This document shows, one piece after another, positions 1-52,759 of a stretch of 64,000 nt of DNA. The stretch comes from Hydrolagus affinis. Lineage: Eukaryota. A program made the translations under genes and the position numbers. The DNA is taken from positions 1 through 64,000 of the forward strand of contig JAAILG010001336.1 in the NCBI GenBank assembly GCA_012026655.1. The letters run 5' to 3'. How positions within the stretch are numbered: position 1 is the stretch's first letter; each line of letters starts with the position of its first letter. The notes beneath the pieces are model-generated. The model saw only the letters and a program-made list of their open reading frames with translations, was not told the origin of the DNA and made no database searches.

Positions 1-402
1 GGGGAGAGTGGAGGGGAGAAAGAGTGGAGGCGAGGTTGGGTTTGGAGCCATTGAGATGCCAGACTGACATGTGTGTGAAAGAGAGAGCGAGGGAAGGAGG
101 GAGAGAAAGATAGAAAAAACTGTGTGCCTGCCTCTTTAAGTAAAAATCTCTTCCGTCCGCCATTGTAGAAGTTTGCTTTGTGATTGTGTGCTGTGTTTAT
201 AGACTGTAATCAATATTTATTGCTTTATTGATAAGTATCCATACAATATTCTGTTATTATTTAGTCTATTATTAATATGTTTAATAAAAAGTTATTTTTT
301 TTTGTGGTGGGTTTTCGGCAGCTAGCCGCCCGAATATCCAGCACATGGTTTAACCAGCACTGGCCCAGGTTTCGAGGGTGCTGGATAAACGGGCTTTTAC
401 TG
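1..402. mobile_element. Right end of a Tigger/pogo-like DNA transposon (left extent unknown)
   Basis: gtgctggataaacgggcttttactg|ta terminal repeat resembles the 9498 MITE ends. Confidence 0.6.
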
Positions 403-425
403 TACTGTGTTTTTCTTCATTTCAG

Positions 426-456
426 GGAGTTCTTCAAGGACACTACCAAATGTTGA
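426..456 (+). CDS. ABHD12B: Probable last coding exon of ABHD12B-like hydrolase (upstream exons lie outside the window)
   Basis: Strong acceptor tttttcttcatttcag|G GAG TTC TTC AAG GAC ACT ACC AAA TGT TGA gives (R)EFFKDTTKC*, resembling the ABHD12-family tail R-[ED]-F-L; ABHD12B is the convergent neighbour of PYGL in mammals. Confidence 0.5.
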
Positions 457-726
457 ACTTATGGTGCAGTGAACATATGACGATGATTCAGAACAACCTG
501 GTGGTGCACATTTTTTAAACATTGGCATGTACAAGGGCAAATCGTTCCACTGGCTGGACTTAGCTGATGCACTGTAGTTTGTATTAAAAACTAGGTACAA
601 CATCTTATTTGTCTCTGCACAATTGTGTTTAGATACTAAACAGAAAGTTGGGAGAAGGCACAGGGAGAATGCAAGGATTTATTAATTATAGTGTGCAGAA
701 GTAACCTTGGGTTGCCAATTTAGGTC

Positions 727-912
727 AGAATCATATAATTGTATGGCACAAAAGTAGGCCATTCGGCCCATCTAGTCTGTGCCAGCTCTTTGAACAGAGC
801 AACTCATTCCCACTGCCCAGCTTTCTCCCCATAACCTAGCAGACCTGCTCTTCCTAAATAAAGATCTAGTTCCCTTTTAAAAGCTGTTATGGTATCTACC
901 TCCACCACCTTT
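727..912 (-). mobile_element. CR1-type 3' end remnant
   Basis: ggcacaaaagtaggccattcggcccatc is the reverse complement of the CR1 terminal gggccgaatggcct motif; a similar + copy lies at about 19215-19290. Confidence 0.65.
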
Positions 913-1231
913 AAGTTCTGGATTTTGAATCAATGTAAATTCTTATTTCTCTATATTATTGCACGACACTAGTATAAAAACGTTTCTGGTCTCTCTGGAT
1001 TCCCACGGATATACTGTACAGAAACTGGTAGATGTGTATATGAATACTATATTTAAAAAAAGCCTAGAATGAAGTTTAGAAACAGCATCAACAAAGTACA
1101 TAAAGATCAACCATCTCAAGAGACTCTTAAAAGGGACAGTGCTCCACAGGTATTTACACAAGCTGGCTGTAGGAGGGTGTGGTTTACACCCAGAAAATCA
1201 AACTTGCACAATAGTTTTAACAATAAATAGG

Positions 1232-1237
1232 TTTATT
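1232..1237 (-). terminator. Likely PYGL polyadenylation signal AATAAA
   Basis: tttatt on +, about 415 nt past the stop codon, with GT-rich sequence downstream on the minus strand. Confidence 0.55.
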
Positions 1238-1651
1238 TTGAAAAGGAAGCTCTGCCTTTTTATATCCATCTTCTCCAGACTTTCCTTTACTTCACACTAG
1301 CATTAGCCTGTGGATGATGGCTAATTATCACCACAGGCTGGAACTCCAGACAAGCCTGATTGGAGTACAGCCCTCGATAACTTCCTTGATTGTGACATTC
1401 TTTTACCAAGCCACACAAACAAACAAAAAAACGCTCCTTTATACATAACTATATAATCAATAACTATAAAAAAGCAGTGACAGGATTTAAATCTGTAATA
1501 CAATCTTATAATTCCTAACTATTTCAGTATGAATTACAAACAGTTATAGACAACACATTAAATTATGACATCTTATTTAGTTGAAACAGAAAACGTAGTC
1601 AGAGTACTACAAACTTTACAACAATACATTCATTTGTATGAAGGAATGCAT

Positions 1652-14925
<13,274 letters not shown>

Positions 14926-15192
14926 GTTGAAGCCGCCGTCGCCTGGAGGTGAAGCTCGTCAACCGCCCCTCGCGCCGCGGTCGTTACTTTCCAACCGTTT
15001 TGTTTGGGTTCAAAAAAAAGGAAGCGATCGCTCCGATCGCCTCTGGGGCGCGCTGATTGGCTGCCACTCGCTCCTCTCCCCACGAGTCCTGCTCGCGCCC
15101 CTCATTGGGTGGGGGAGCGCGGGTACAAGGGAACGAAATACGATGGTTCAAATCCAGCCGCTACCATTCTTACCCTCCCCACCTCCAGCACC

Positions 15193-15566
15193 TAATAATA
15201 ACCATCCTTGCATTTCATATAGTGCTCTTCACGTCTTCTAGATGTCTCACAGCACAGAATATACTGTAAAGTATGGTGACTGTAATGCCATGGGGTGTCC
15301 TCCCGACGTGAAAGATGTAAAGGTAATTGTGTTGTTGTTCACTGTATATTTGTGGGCGAAACAGGGCAGCTAATTGTGCACATTGGTTTCCCACAAACAG
15401 TCGTGGATTTAAATGACCAGTTTATTAATTTTTTTGTTTGAGGGATTATTTATTATTAGGCAAGGGGAGTAAGGAAACTTGCCCAAGGTTTCGCCCTGCC
15501 TGGAATTGAACCCAGGTCTCACTTGTAATTATACCACGAATGCTCTAACCACTGAGCTACAGGACC
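15193..15566 (-). mobile_element. tRNA-derived SINE (A box TAGCTCAGTGG, B box GGTTCAATTCC) with an opposite-strand L2-tail insert at 15290-15338
   Basis: Pol III boxes, Deu-like body and (ATT)n tail; sister copy at about 47440-47703, partial copies at about 46800-46945 and 49066-49170. Confidence 0.8.
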
Positions 15567-16062
15567 TAGCAAACCTTCAGGGCCACCCCAGTCCCATATG
15601 TTAGGTAGCACATGGGTTATTGGAAAAATCAAATGGACCGAAGCACCTTTTTCCCCCTAGACGTCTCGAAAATATAAGGCGCTATATCAAATGCAAGAAT
15701 TATTATGGTAACCTGATGCAGATTCTGAACCCCACTTCAAGCACGTCAGGACACTACACCTTGTGAAGAGCACTATTTAAGTCCAAGTTGTTTGCTGTTA
15801 TCTGGACCTGAACCCACACACAAAAAAAATTAGCAAAACTCCCAAACTGAACTTTTTAGAACCAACCATCCATAAGAATCTGTAGCACGTGGCTCATTCT
15901 GTCCATCAGGGTTGTGTACATTGGGTCTCTCTCCCCCACCACATGAACCCCACTCCTTCAGATACATTCTTAAAATTAAAAACAGAATTTTTTTAAAAAC
16001 TAGAAAAAGTTACGAATTTAAGTCAAATAAATAGAGAAAATTTGCAACACATTACAAAAGTG

Positions 16063-16068
16063 TTTATT
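16063..16068 (-). terminator. Likely distal TRIM9 polyadenylation signal (3'UTR about 2.3 kb); an alternative signal lies at 16753-16758
   Basis: AATAAA on minus followed by cttttgtaatgtgttg U/GU-rich element. Confidence 0.55.
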
Positions 16069-17275
16069 GGAACAGCAAAACACTGGCAATTTCATGATTT
16101 TCCACAATAGTAAGCAACATGGTAATCAGCTTGCTGTTCATGGGCTTATATGTTACTACAAATCTAGAAGCTGGATAAGCACCAATATCACTATGAAAAA
16201 TGAGAAAATTGTGGTCCAGCCACATTCAACTGCCAAATCACAGATCACTGTTGCTCTGCAACATAATACAGCAATAAATGAATTCTAGTGGTCTTAATTA
16301 ATAAGCAAAAATAGTACCAGCCAAATAAATTATTCTAGAACCTAGCAAACAATGCATCAAATATTAACAAATCTAACATTCAAAAACATATCAAACACTA
16401 ATGTTCTCCGTTTTCAGATTCCCTTTGTTCATTACTACATAATTTCTAGGAAACAATGCTATAACTGTTTTTGTTATTACTCTTCTACAAATAGCTTATG
16501 GTTGGCACACTGTCAAATTTTGGCAACTATACTGATCACTCCTTAATCTATATAATGTTGTAAAGTCTTAAAACAAGTAAAAATGAGCTATTAATATAGT
16601 AACAGCATGCAGCATGCATATATTAGCACAGTTCAATACAGCACCTCAGATTTTCTCCAAAATTAAGGTTCTGAAGGTTAAACACAGTGTTGCATTGTCC
16701 TTGTGAATTGATGTCTGGTTGTTTGAATTACCAATAAGTGTTACTTGCACCTTTTATTGAGTCGCTGAGGCAAATATTATATAGATAAGAGTTTACACAT
16801 TCCTGAGCAAATTAGAATGTAAATAAGACACCCTTTTTGGCATTTAAAATTGGTACACAGGGACAGGTAGATACAAAGCTGTAATAGTCAAGTTAAAATA
16901 ATGTAATTAATTGTACTAATTACTATAGTAGTGTGGAATTGCCAGAACCCTGAGATTTGATTAATATTTAACCAAAAAGGCATAGTAATGATGGATAGTA
17001 GAATGATAGTCAGAGATGGTTCAATACCATTGCAGTCAATCATCTATTTGTTGATCTGCAATAAGCAACTTGCAATTCTAAAAATTAATTTAATGTACTA
17101 TACTTCTATTTCATACTGGCTCTCAAGTATTCCTGAATTAAGTGCAACTGTGCTTCAGCCTGGCTGAGTGGTAGCACTCTCCCTCTGAGTTAGGTTGTGA
17201 GTTCAAGCTGCAAGTCGGGGGCTTGAACCCCATAAATATACTTTACAGTATGTTCTGCAGTATACTTTACTGTAT

Positions 17276-17379
17276 ATTCTCTTCATGGCTGTTTGGGGGG
17301 GGGGTTCATTGCTGTGCACAAGTATACTTTACAGTATATTTGTACATAGCAATGACACCCAAACAGCCATGAAGAGAAT
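17276..17379. repeat. Long inverted repeat (fold-back) in the TRIM9 3'UTR
   Basis: Perfect 22-bp outer stem, 23-bp inner stem and 4-nt loop. Confidence 0.92.
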
Positions 17380-18378
17380 GACCATTTCTACTTTGGGGAT
17401 TAGAGTATTCTACTGGGATAATCACAAGTAAGTATAAATGTTTCTATTGTAACATTGAAATAATCATTCAATGAAGCCTTGTGGTAACCTGGAAATCTCA
17501 TGTGTAGGAACGCCGCAGTTCCCTGGGTTTTATTATTGCAGCTCAGTGAACACTGCTTGCTTGTATATCCTAGCTTCTCCTTCATCGCAACTGTGGTTAA
17601 AAAGTGCTCAGCACAGACATTGCAACTATCAACAGTGAACTGTGTTTGATTGGTCTGGATACTAAGTATAAACAATGCTACCCCACGTGAAGGGCACAGT
17701 ATAAAATGCATGTTGCTGCAAGTGCAGAATAGGATCCTCTGAATCACATTACTGTATTTACTTCAAATGATGCTGCCCAATATGTAAGCTTGATTGAACA
17801 ATTTTGTTGAAAGCATGCACGTTAGCTCATGGTAATTCAAACAGTTTTGGAATGATGTTCAGTACAGAGATGTCAGTCAAAGGCAACAGGAAAGAAAAAA
17901 AAATGAGGTTATTAGCAACTGTGAATACCTTCCACTGTAAATGTCTGTGAATATAGCATTTTCCCACATGTACTCTGCACTGCATTACTGTTGTCCTTGT
18001 TTATCAAAAGCAGCAGCTGAACCAAACGCAAAGCAACCCGACAGAGCATTACAACAATTTTTTTTTCCAGAAAAACGTATCAGAGAACCCTGACATTTAA
18101 AGTCACATCAGGCTGCCTCAATGCCTTGTGAATATCAGCCAGCACTAAACGGCAAAGCAAATACACATGTTCAGATAACAATCATATAGTTTTCAGCTGC
18201 AGAAATACTTATTTTTGGTTTCTCTCCAACCCTTTAAGCATTCAGCTAGCAAACGTCTGTTGTCTTGCAAGATCAAAACTCTCCTGGAATCCTTGTGATA
18301 GTGAAGGAAAAGAGTCCTGCCACTCAGATTTCAAAAGACAATATAAAGCAGGTATGCACAATGACCGGGATTAGGATG

Positions 18379-46345
<27,967 letters not shown>

Positions 46346-46559
46346 TTACCTCTCTTTTTGTCTTCTCTGCGGGGGAGTGTGTACTTCTCCCTGTACAATG
46401 TATCTCCGTATTTCTCTATGTGTATGTATGTATGTATGCGTGTCTATTTCTCTCTCTGTGTATTTCTCTATGTGTGTGTTAGAGAACAATTGGTGCTTAC
46501 CGCAGCAACGATTGTACCATCCACCAACATTGCCTCTTCTCTAGTGATAAGCTTTCTGG

Positions 46560-46700
46560 CTGGCTGTCACTCTATCCCCCTCTCTCTCTCTCTCTCTCCC
46601 ACCCTTTCTCCTTTCCTTCCCTCCTCTCCGCTACATTACTCGCCGCCTCCACCTGAGCCGATTGGTCTGACTGCTAAACCCAGCCTGTCAATCAGCTGCC
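46560..46700 (-). promoter_or_regulatory. TRIM9 proximal promoter: PBX-PREP/MEIS decamer TGATTGACAG (46685-46694), CCAAT (46661-46665) and a GA-rich tract
   Basis: Exact motifs read on the minus strand about 400 nt upstream of the ATG. Confidence 0.6.
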
Positions 46701-47439
46701 GTCTTTTACTCGGGTTTGGCTGTGGCAACGCAGGTCCTGTGTGTACTTACCATGGCTGTGAAGGTATGGGGGTTAGTAAGGATTGGATTGGGCAGTTGGA
46801 TAATAATCCTTCCATTTGACATAGCGTCTTATCACATAATTGAACATCTCCAAGCGCTTCACAGAATATATTGTAGTGGAGTGACTGTGTATTTTGTGGA
46901 CGAAATGCGGCAGCGAATTGATTACACATAGCAGCGTTCCACATGTGATGAGATGGAAGTGGGAGTCAGTATTACCATACAAGTTTGCATATAGTTTGAA
47001 ACTTCTGCTGGCCAGCATTTTTAGATGTTTGTATTTTATTTGCAGAAAGGCTATACTTGAGGTTGTGTAATGCTGGACACTGAGATAAATAATCATAATT
47101 GGAACAATAACACTACTTCCCAGTTCTTTACTTTGCAAAGAGCTGCATTTAAATGTCTATATTTTCTGCATTGACTTTATCCATAGTGTGTGCTATGCTC
47201 CCTACTATTTTTATTCAAAATGGATCGAATGGTATTTAAGGTTCAAACCAAAGAATATGGCTTGTTATCAAAAATGGTAATATTTAAGAATGTTAATTGT
47301 TGTTCATATAAATAAAGTGCGGAGCAGAATAATTTAGTTCATCTTTATGGACCAGGTTGGCATTTTCAGATAATATAATACAATTGTACATCCTTAGCAA
47401 TTGCAGATTTTCTACCTTCCTTGCCTTCCAAGATACAGA

Positions 47440-47703
47440 TCTTCACATCTTTGGGACATCTCAAAGTATAGTACTCCACAGACTACAGTGTAAAGTGAAT
47501 TGACTGTACAGTATATTTTGTGGACGAAACACAGGAATCAATTGTACACATCAGTGTTCCACAAAAGTCGTGGATTAAAATGACCAATTTTTGGGGATTA
47601 TTATCAGGTGTGTGGAGTAAGGAACCTTGCCCAAGGTCTCACCTTGCCTTTAATTGAACTCAGATCTTTCGCTTGCTGGGTGCTCTAACCACTGAGCTAC
47701 AGG
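47440..47703 (-). mobile_element. tRNA-derived SINE, same family as 15193-15566
   Basis: Shares tgctctaaccactgagctacagga and ggagtaaggaaccttgcccaagg. Confidence 0.8.
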
Positions 47704-47904
47704 ATTACATGACTACAATCAAGTACAAGGTCATCGAGTACAAGGTGAAATCCACGAAGAAGTAAAACGTGCTGCTCAGAATAAAATCTATGAAACACAA
47801 TATTCAATGGATGATGTCACTTACCATAATGTATAATATTTTCAATGGTCAGACTCCAACAAGATCCCAACGAGCACTCTGGTGTCCCCAAGCCTTAACT
47901 CTTG

Positions 47905-48088
47905 CAACCTGTGCCAAAAACTTTCCGGAATTAGGTAAACAGGATGCGTTCTTCCAGGGGGAGACTGCGCATTCTATTCCAACAATCTGTCTCAGGAATT
48001 TCCATGTATAGGTGGGATTCATGGAAATCCCATCTTGGTTTGGATACTCTTAAGTATGGTGATGAGTTTCCGCATGTGGCAGACACCC
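47905..48088 (+). repeat. Unclassified diverged repeat, copy A (copy B at 52581-52927)
   Basis: Colinear shared blocks caacctgtgcc, aattaggtaa, ggaatttccatgt, catggaa, ttggtttg.atactc.taag.atggtgatg. Confidence 0.75.
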
Positions 48089-49135
48089 AACTGATGAAAA
48101 AAAACTTTAACTGATCACTAGCATTAGGCAGTGGTAAATTCTCTGTGACTTTTGAGCTCAAGTTCTTACTTTTTGAAGACCAAAGAACAATGCAGAAGGT
48201 CATATAGGAGCTGAAGCTGAGATTGAATAGTAATAGAAGGCTGCATTTTTACTGCACTGAGGAACTAAGGACATTAAGCTGACTGAAGACATGATCTTTG
48301 GTCTACTTCTCCTGTTTGAATTGAATAATTTCAATTCCCACACCCACCACTATATGAAGAAAGGGAAGGTAACAATGAATGCTGTTTGACATGTTTGACC
48401 CCGTCGGTTTGCTCTGAGCATAGAAGTATAGAAATGAAAGGGAAATGAGGCTCATGGAATGGAGTCAAGTAAAAGTTTTCTTCTTTCTTTGCACTTTAAA
48501 AAATAACCAGTTTCACCATCACTATTTTTTGATACACTATCTATTCCCAAATGCCTAAGAAACTTCCAAGTCAACACTAGGTACACAATGTGGGAAGCTG
48601 GTGTATTTACATGGCAGCAACAGAATCTACTTCTCTTTCGTATAACCACCATTGTCAAGGACAACCACAAAACTCTTAAAATTTTCAGATGTTCCAAAAT
48701 GAGAACTGAATGCAGCCATGACAACAGCCTCCAAGTGCGTAGACTAGGTTGCTATTCTTTACAGTTTATAAATAGTTATTTTCTTTTACTTTTATTGCTG
48801 TTATTCTGTAGGTTGGTAGATGCGTTGTCACATCTTTGACATAATTATAACGTATCTGGTATGATTGTATCATGAGTTTTTTTTCTAGCAACTTGTTACT
48901 GGGAAACAAAATGTGTACAGTAATTGTGCATTGTACACAGAACAATAAATAGATGTATTTTGTATTTTCACAGATATTTATATTATCCTATGTAATACAG
49001 TATATATATTATCCTATGTAATACAGTATATCAGCTCCAATAATGTGTCTATATTACTGCATTACAATAATAATAATAATCCTTGTCTTTGATATAGAAC
49101 CTTATCACGCCTTCAAGATGTCTAAAAGAGTGTCA

Positions 49136-49513
<378 letters not shown>

Positions 49514-52500
49514 CTACACACAGCACTAAACCAGTATTGGAGCCGATATACATATATTTTTTCCCCAGACATTTTACATTTGTCAATCATTCTTCTATTT
49601 GTTTCTTGGATATGGTTCTGAGATAGGTAATATTTTTAACAAAAAAAACTAGATATATTTTCCAAAAGGTTAGACCCAGTTCTTCCCTTTTTATTGGGGA
49701 GGGAAAAATATAAATTCTATTCTTCCCATTGCTCTGACCTTGCTTTCTCTCCCATAGTTATTTTATGCATATTAGCCTCTTCTCATATAGTATTCTGCTA
49801 CAGGATGCTGCCAATTTGCTGCACCACTGATTTTGCTGATCTGCAGGGTTTTTGATTTTTAAGTAACACTTGGCTGTCGATACAGATGAATTGTGTCCGT
49901 GCTGGTGCACGGCAGCACCCCACGGCATGACCTAAACATTTGTTTTAATTATCTTAAAAATTGTCCTGAAATATGCCAAAGGGTTGGATCCATTCTTTTT
50001 ATTGGGGAGAAATGCCAATACATGTACTATTTCAGGCAATAGCAGACCAGAATACTGAGGAAAAAGAATATGCTAACGCTGAAAGAGTAAATAGCTATGG
50101 GAAAGGAAATTACAATTACTGCACAGAACACAATGTAGTCCATGTTATCAGGTGTATGGGAATTTTTTTTTTAAATGGGTATTATAGATCAATGGCAATT
50201 CTCTATTCTGATCTCAACTGTTTAAATGTTAATTACTGTTAGATTCTAACATACATTTAGATAATTATTGCAAATCGATGATGGCTGAAAATATATTTAT
50301 CTTATTGGAACTCCTACCCTAGTGCCGAAGAACTTTATTTTGGACAAAACATGTTTTTAGAAGTATTAATGAGACTACACAGAATGATGCAATTTTTACA
50401 CTGAGATCATATGCTTCATCCAGAGTAATATTGCAATCATGTATTACTATTTGATACAATGCATGCATGTTTGTTTAAATATCAATCAAAGCTCCATTTT
50501 GATGGTATGTCATAGAAAATAGATTAAAAGATACACAAGTTGTGTCATATGGTGGAAAAGGACACATTTATTTGAGGGTAGCTCCACATTATTCACCAGT
50601 CTGTGCACATTCATCTCCCCATCTAATAAGGAGCAGCTGGCTGAAAAATAGCAAGCAAAATACAATGAGAAAACTGAGATGGACTGACTTTATTGGTTAG
50701 GTTTGTTAAACCTCCAGATTGAAGAGAAGCTGGCTGTCTTTAAGAATTTTGAAGCATAGATAGGAACACTGCAACATTTTGTAAATTCACTGTTGTGTTT
50801 GATGAGTTAAATTAGTTTGGTTTCCAAAAGTGATTTTGTCTGTGGTTAGTTGTCATGAATCTTACATTAATTGTAACACACATCTGTCAATAATTTTCTT
50901 GTTGTTAGATACTTAGTGTCGGTCTAATTAACAAAAAAAGTAAGATATATTCCAAGAGTAAACAAAAATTCAATGTCAGCTATATATTTAAGATGTTTGT
51001 AACTTTTTGTGAATATGTTGAACAGAACAGCATGTGGAATTACAGCTTTGTTAGCTTTATGGTAGTATGTATAATGCAATTTCAGTTATGTTCCTTGCTG
51101 CCGGTAAACTACATTCATTTGGAACATTTCTTATGTAACTCACTGCAGAATGCTTACTATATTTAAATAGAATCTCTGCTGGTAATCTGTGACCATGGTA
51201 GCAGATATTCAAAACTTCAACTTTTAATTCAGACCATCTGCTCTGATATAGAGTGATACTTTTAACTGGAAGCGATTTATGGAGCCAGAAATGATTTCTG
51301 TTGCAAAATAAGTCTTTATTACAGTCTGTTAAATGTTTTAGTAGTCTTTGAAGACATAGGAAAGCCTAAAATGTGACAAAGGTCTGACAAATTTATTAGG
51401 ATACTGATGAAAAGATCAGCACAGCAGAAAGTATAGTTTTCATTAAATTATGTTTTTCCTATGTATAAGTAAAAATGGCGAAACAAAATAATTTCAGAAT
51501 TTTTCACTAAATGTTCTCAAGTTCTAATTCATTCCAGAAAATGAATCAATATTTATTTTGGAAAGCCTTTCCTAAGTCTTGAATGGATTAGATTAGTTGC
51601 ATCCAAATGTGAATAGGTGCTCCCTATTTAGATGGATGTAAAGGATCATGACAACACTGAATGTTTGTCCTGTATTCTGGCCATCAATCCTCCACGTTAA
51701 TTGGTCATTCACGTCATGGTTTATTTCTGGGACCTTACTGGTGGATATGGTTGTGGTGTTGCACATACAATACCATAGACTTTACAGTAATAAGATGAAA
51801 AGCGCTTGAGATATTTCAGTGATAAGGAACAGTAAAATGCATCCTATTTATGATTCATTCCTACTTGGCTGGTTGTATTTTGCAGTTTCTTTTCCTTAAG
51901 CTGCTCTCTTTCTTCTCTGAAAACCTTCTCAGAGGTAATTATTTTGTGTTTCCATAGTTACTAGCAGCTAAAATGAAACCGAAAATAGGATTTTACAATG
52001 TGTTCCTACATAATCTTCTGTATACACCCTGTGCACACTTTGAACCTTGCACTCCTGGCTGTTCAAGATATTCTCTGAAATCCTTGCACATTTTGTAACC
52101 TAAGGAACAGTACATGTGTTGAAATGTCTTTGTTAGCATTTCTTAGCATTCACATTCCCAAAACAAGGGAGTCAGCTTGTTGAGAAAATGTCACACAATG
52201 CATTGCGGAATTTGTACGGTGTTCAAATGTAGCAGCAATGACTGTATCTGAATTGAATTCTATGACAACAGAAGTATTGTACCACAACATAATTTATACA
52301 TCCACCTAGTGAGAGCTCAAACCCACACTTATTGGATGATAAATGACCAACCAGGAACTAATCTCCTTGATGGGAGAGGTAAGCAGGTAACCCCTGGCTT
52401 GGCTCATCGGCAGGACTTGGAAGGGCAGAGCAGTCACTGGGAGCAGGACCAATTCCGCTCCTGTCAACCTTGTAAGTCAAAGCCCTAACAACAGGCAGGG

Positions 52501-52591
52501 TGGTCCTAGCTGGAAAAATAGCCGGGCTGTTTTTAGCTGGTTCGACTTCAGCAGTTACTCCAACACACACTTTTTTTTGCCAACCTGTGCC

Positions 52592-52759
52592 CCCTCTCTT
52601 CCCAATTTCAGGTCACAGCTAAAGACCTTTCTCTTCGACTGAGCCTTTGGTCACCTTTCTACCCCTGCCTCTGGCTTGGTCCCGGGATCCATTACCGTGA
52701 AGTGCTCTGAGACGCCGTCCGGCGTGGAGGGCACTATATAAATCAAAGTTGTTGTTGTT
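52592..52759 (+). mobile_element. L2 3' end inserted into an older repeat
   Basis: aaagacctttctcttcgactgagcctttgg...gcactatataaatcaaagttgttgttgtt; splits caacctgtgcc from its continuation seen at 47905-47940. Confidence 0.7.

Noticed and set aside
15495-15566. tRNA-like sequence (also near 47640-47703)
   Set aside because: SINE head: continues into the SINE body and lacks a proper cloverleaf
48978-49030. Short tandem duplications (also near 8745-8775 and 37076-37113) considered as CRISPR-like arrays
   Set aside because: Two-copy slippage duplications without spacers, in a vertebrate genome
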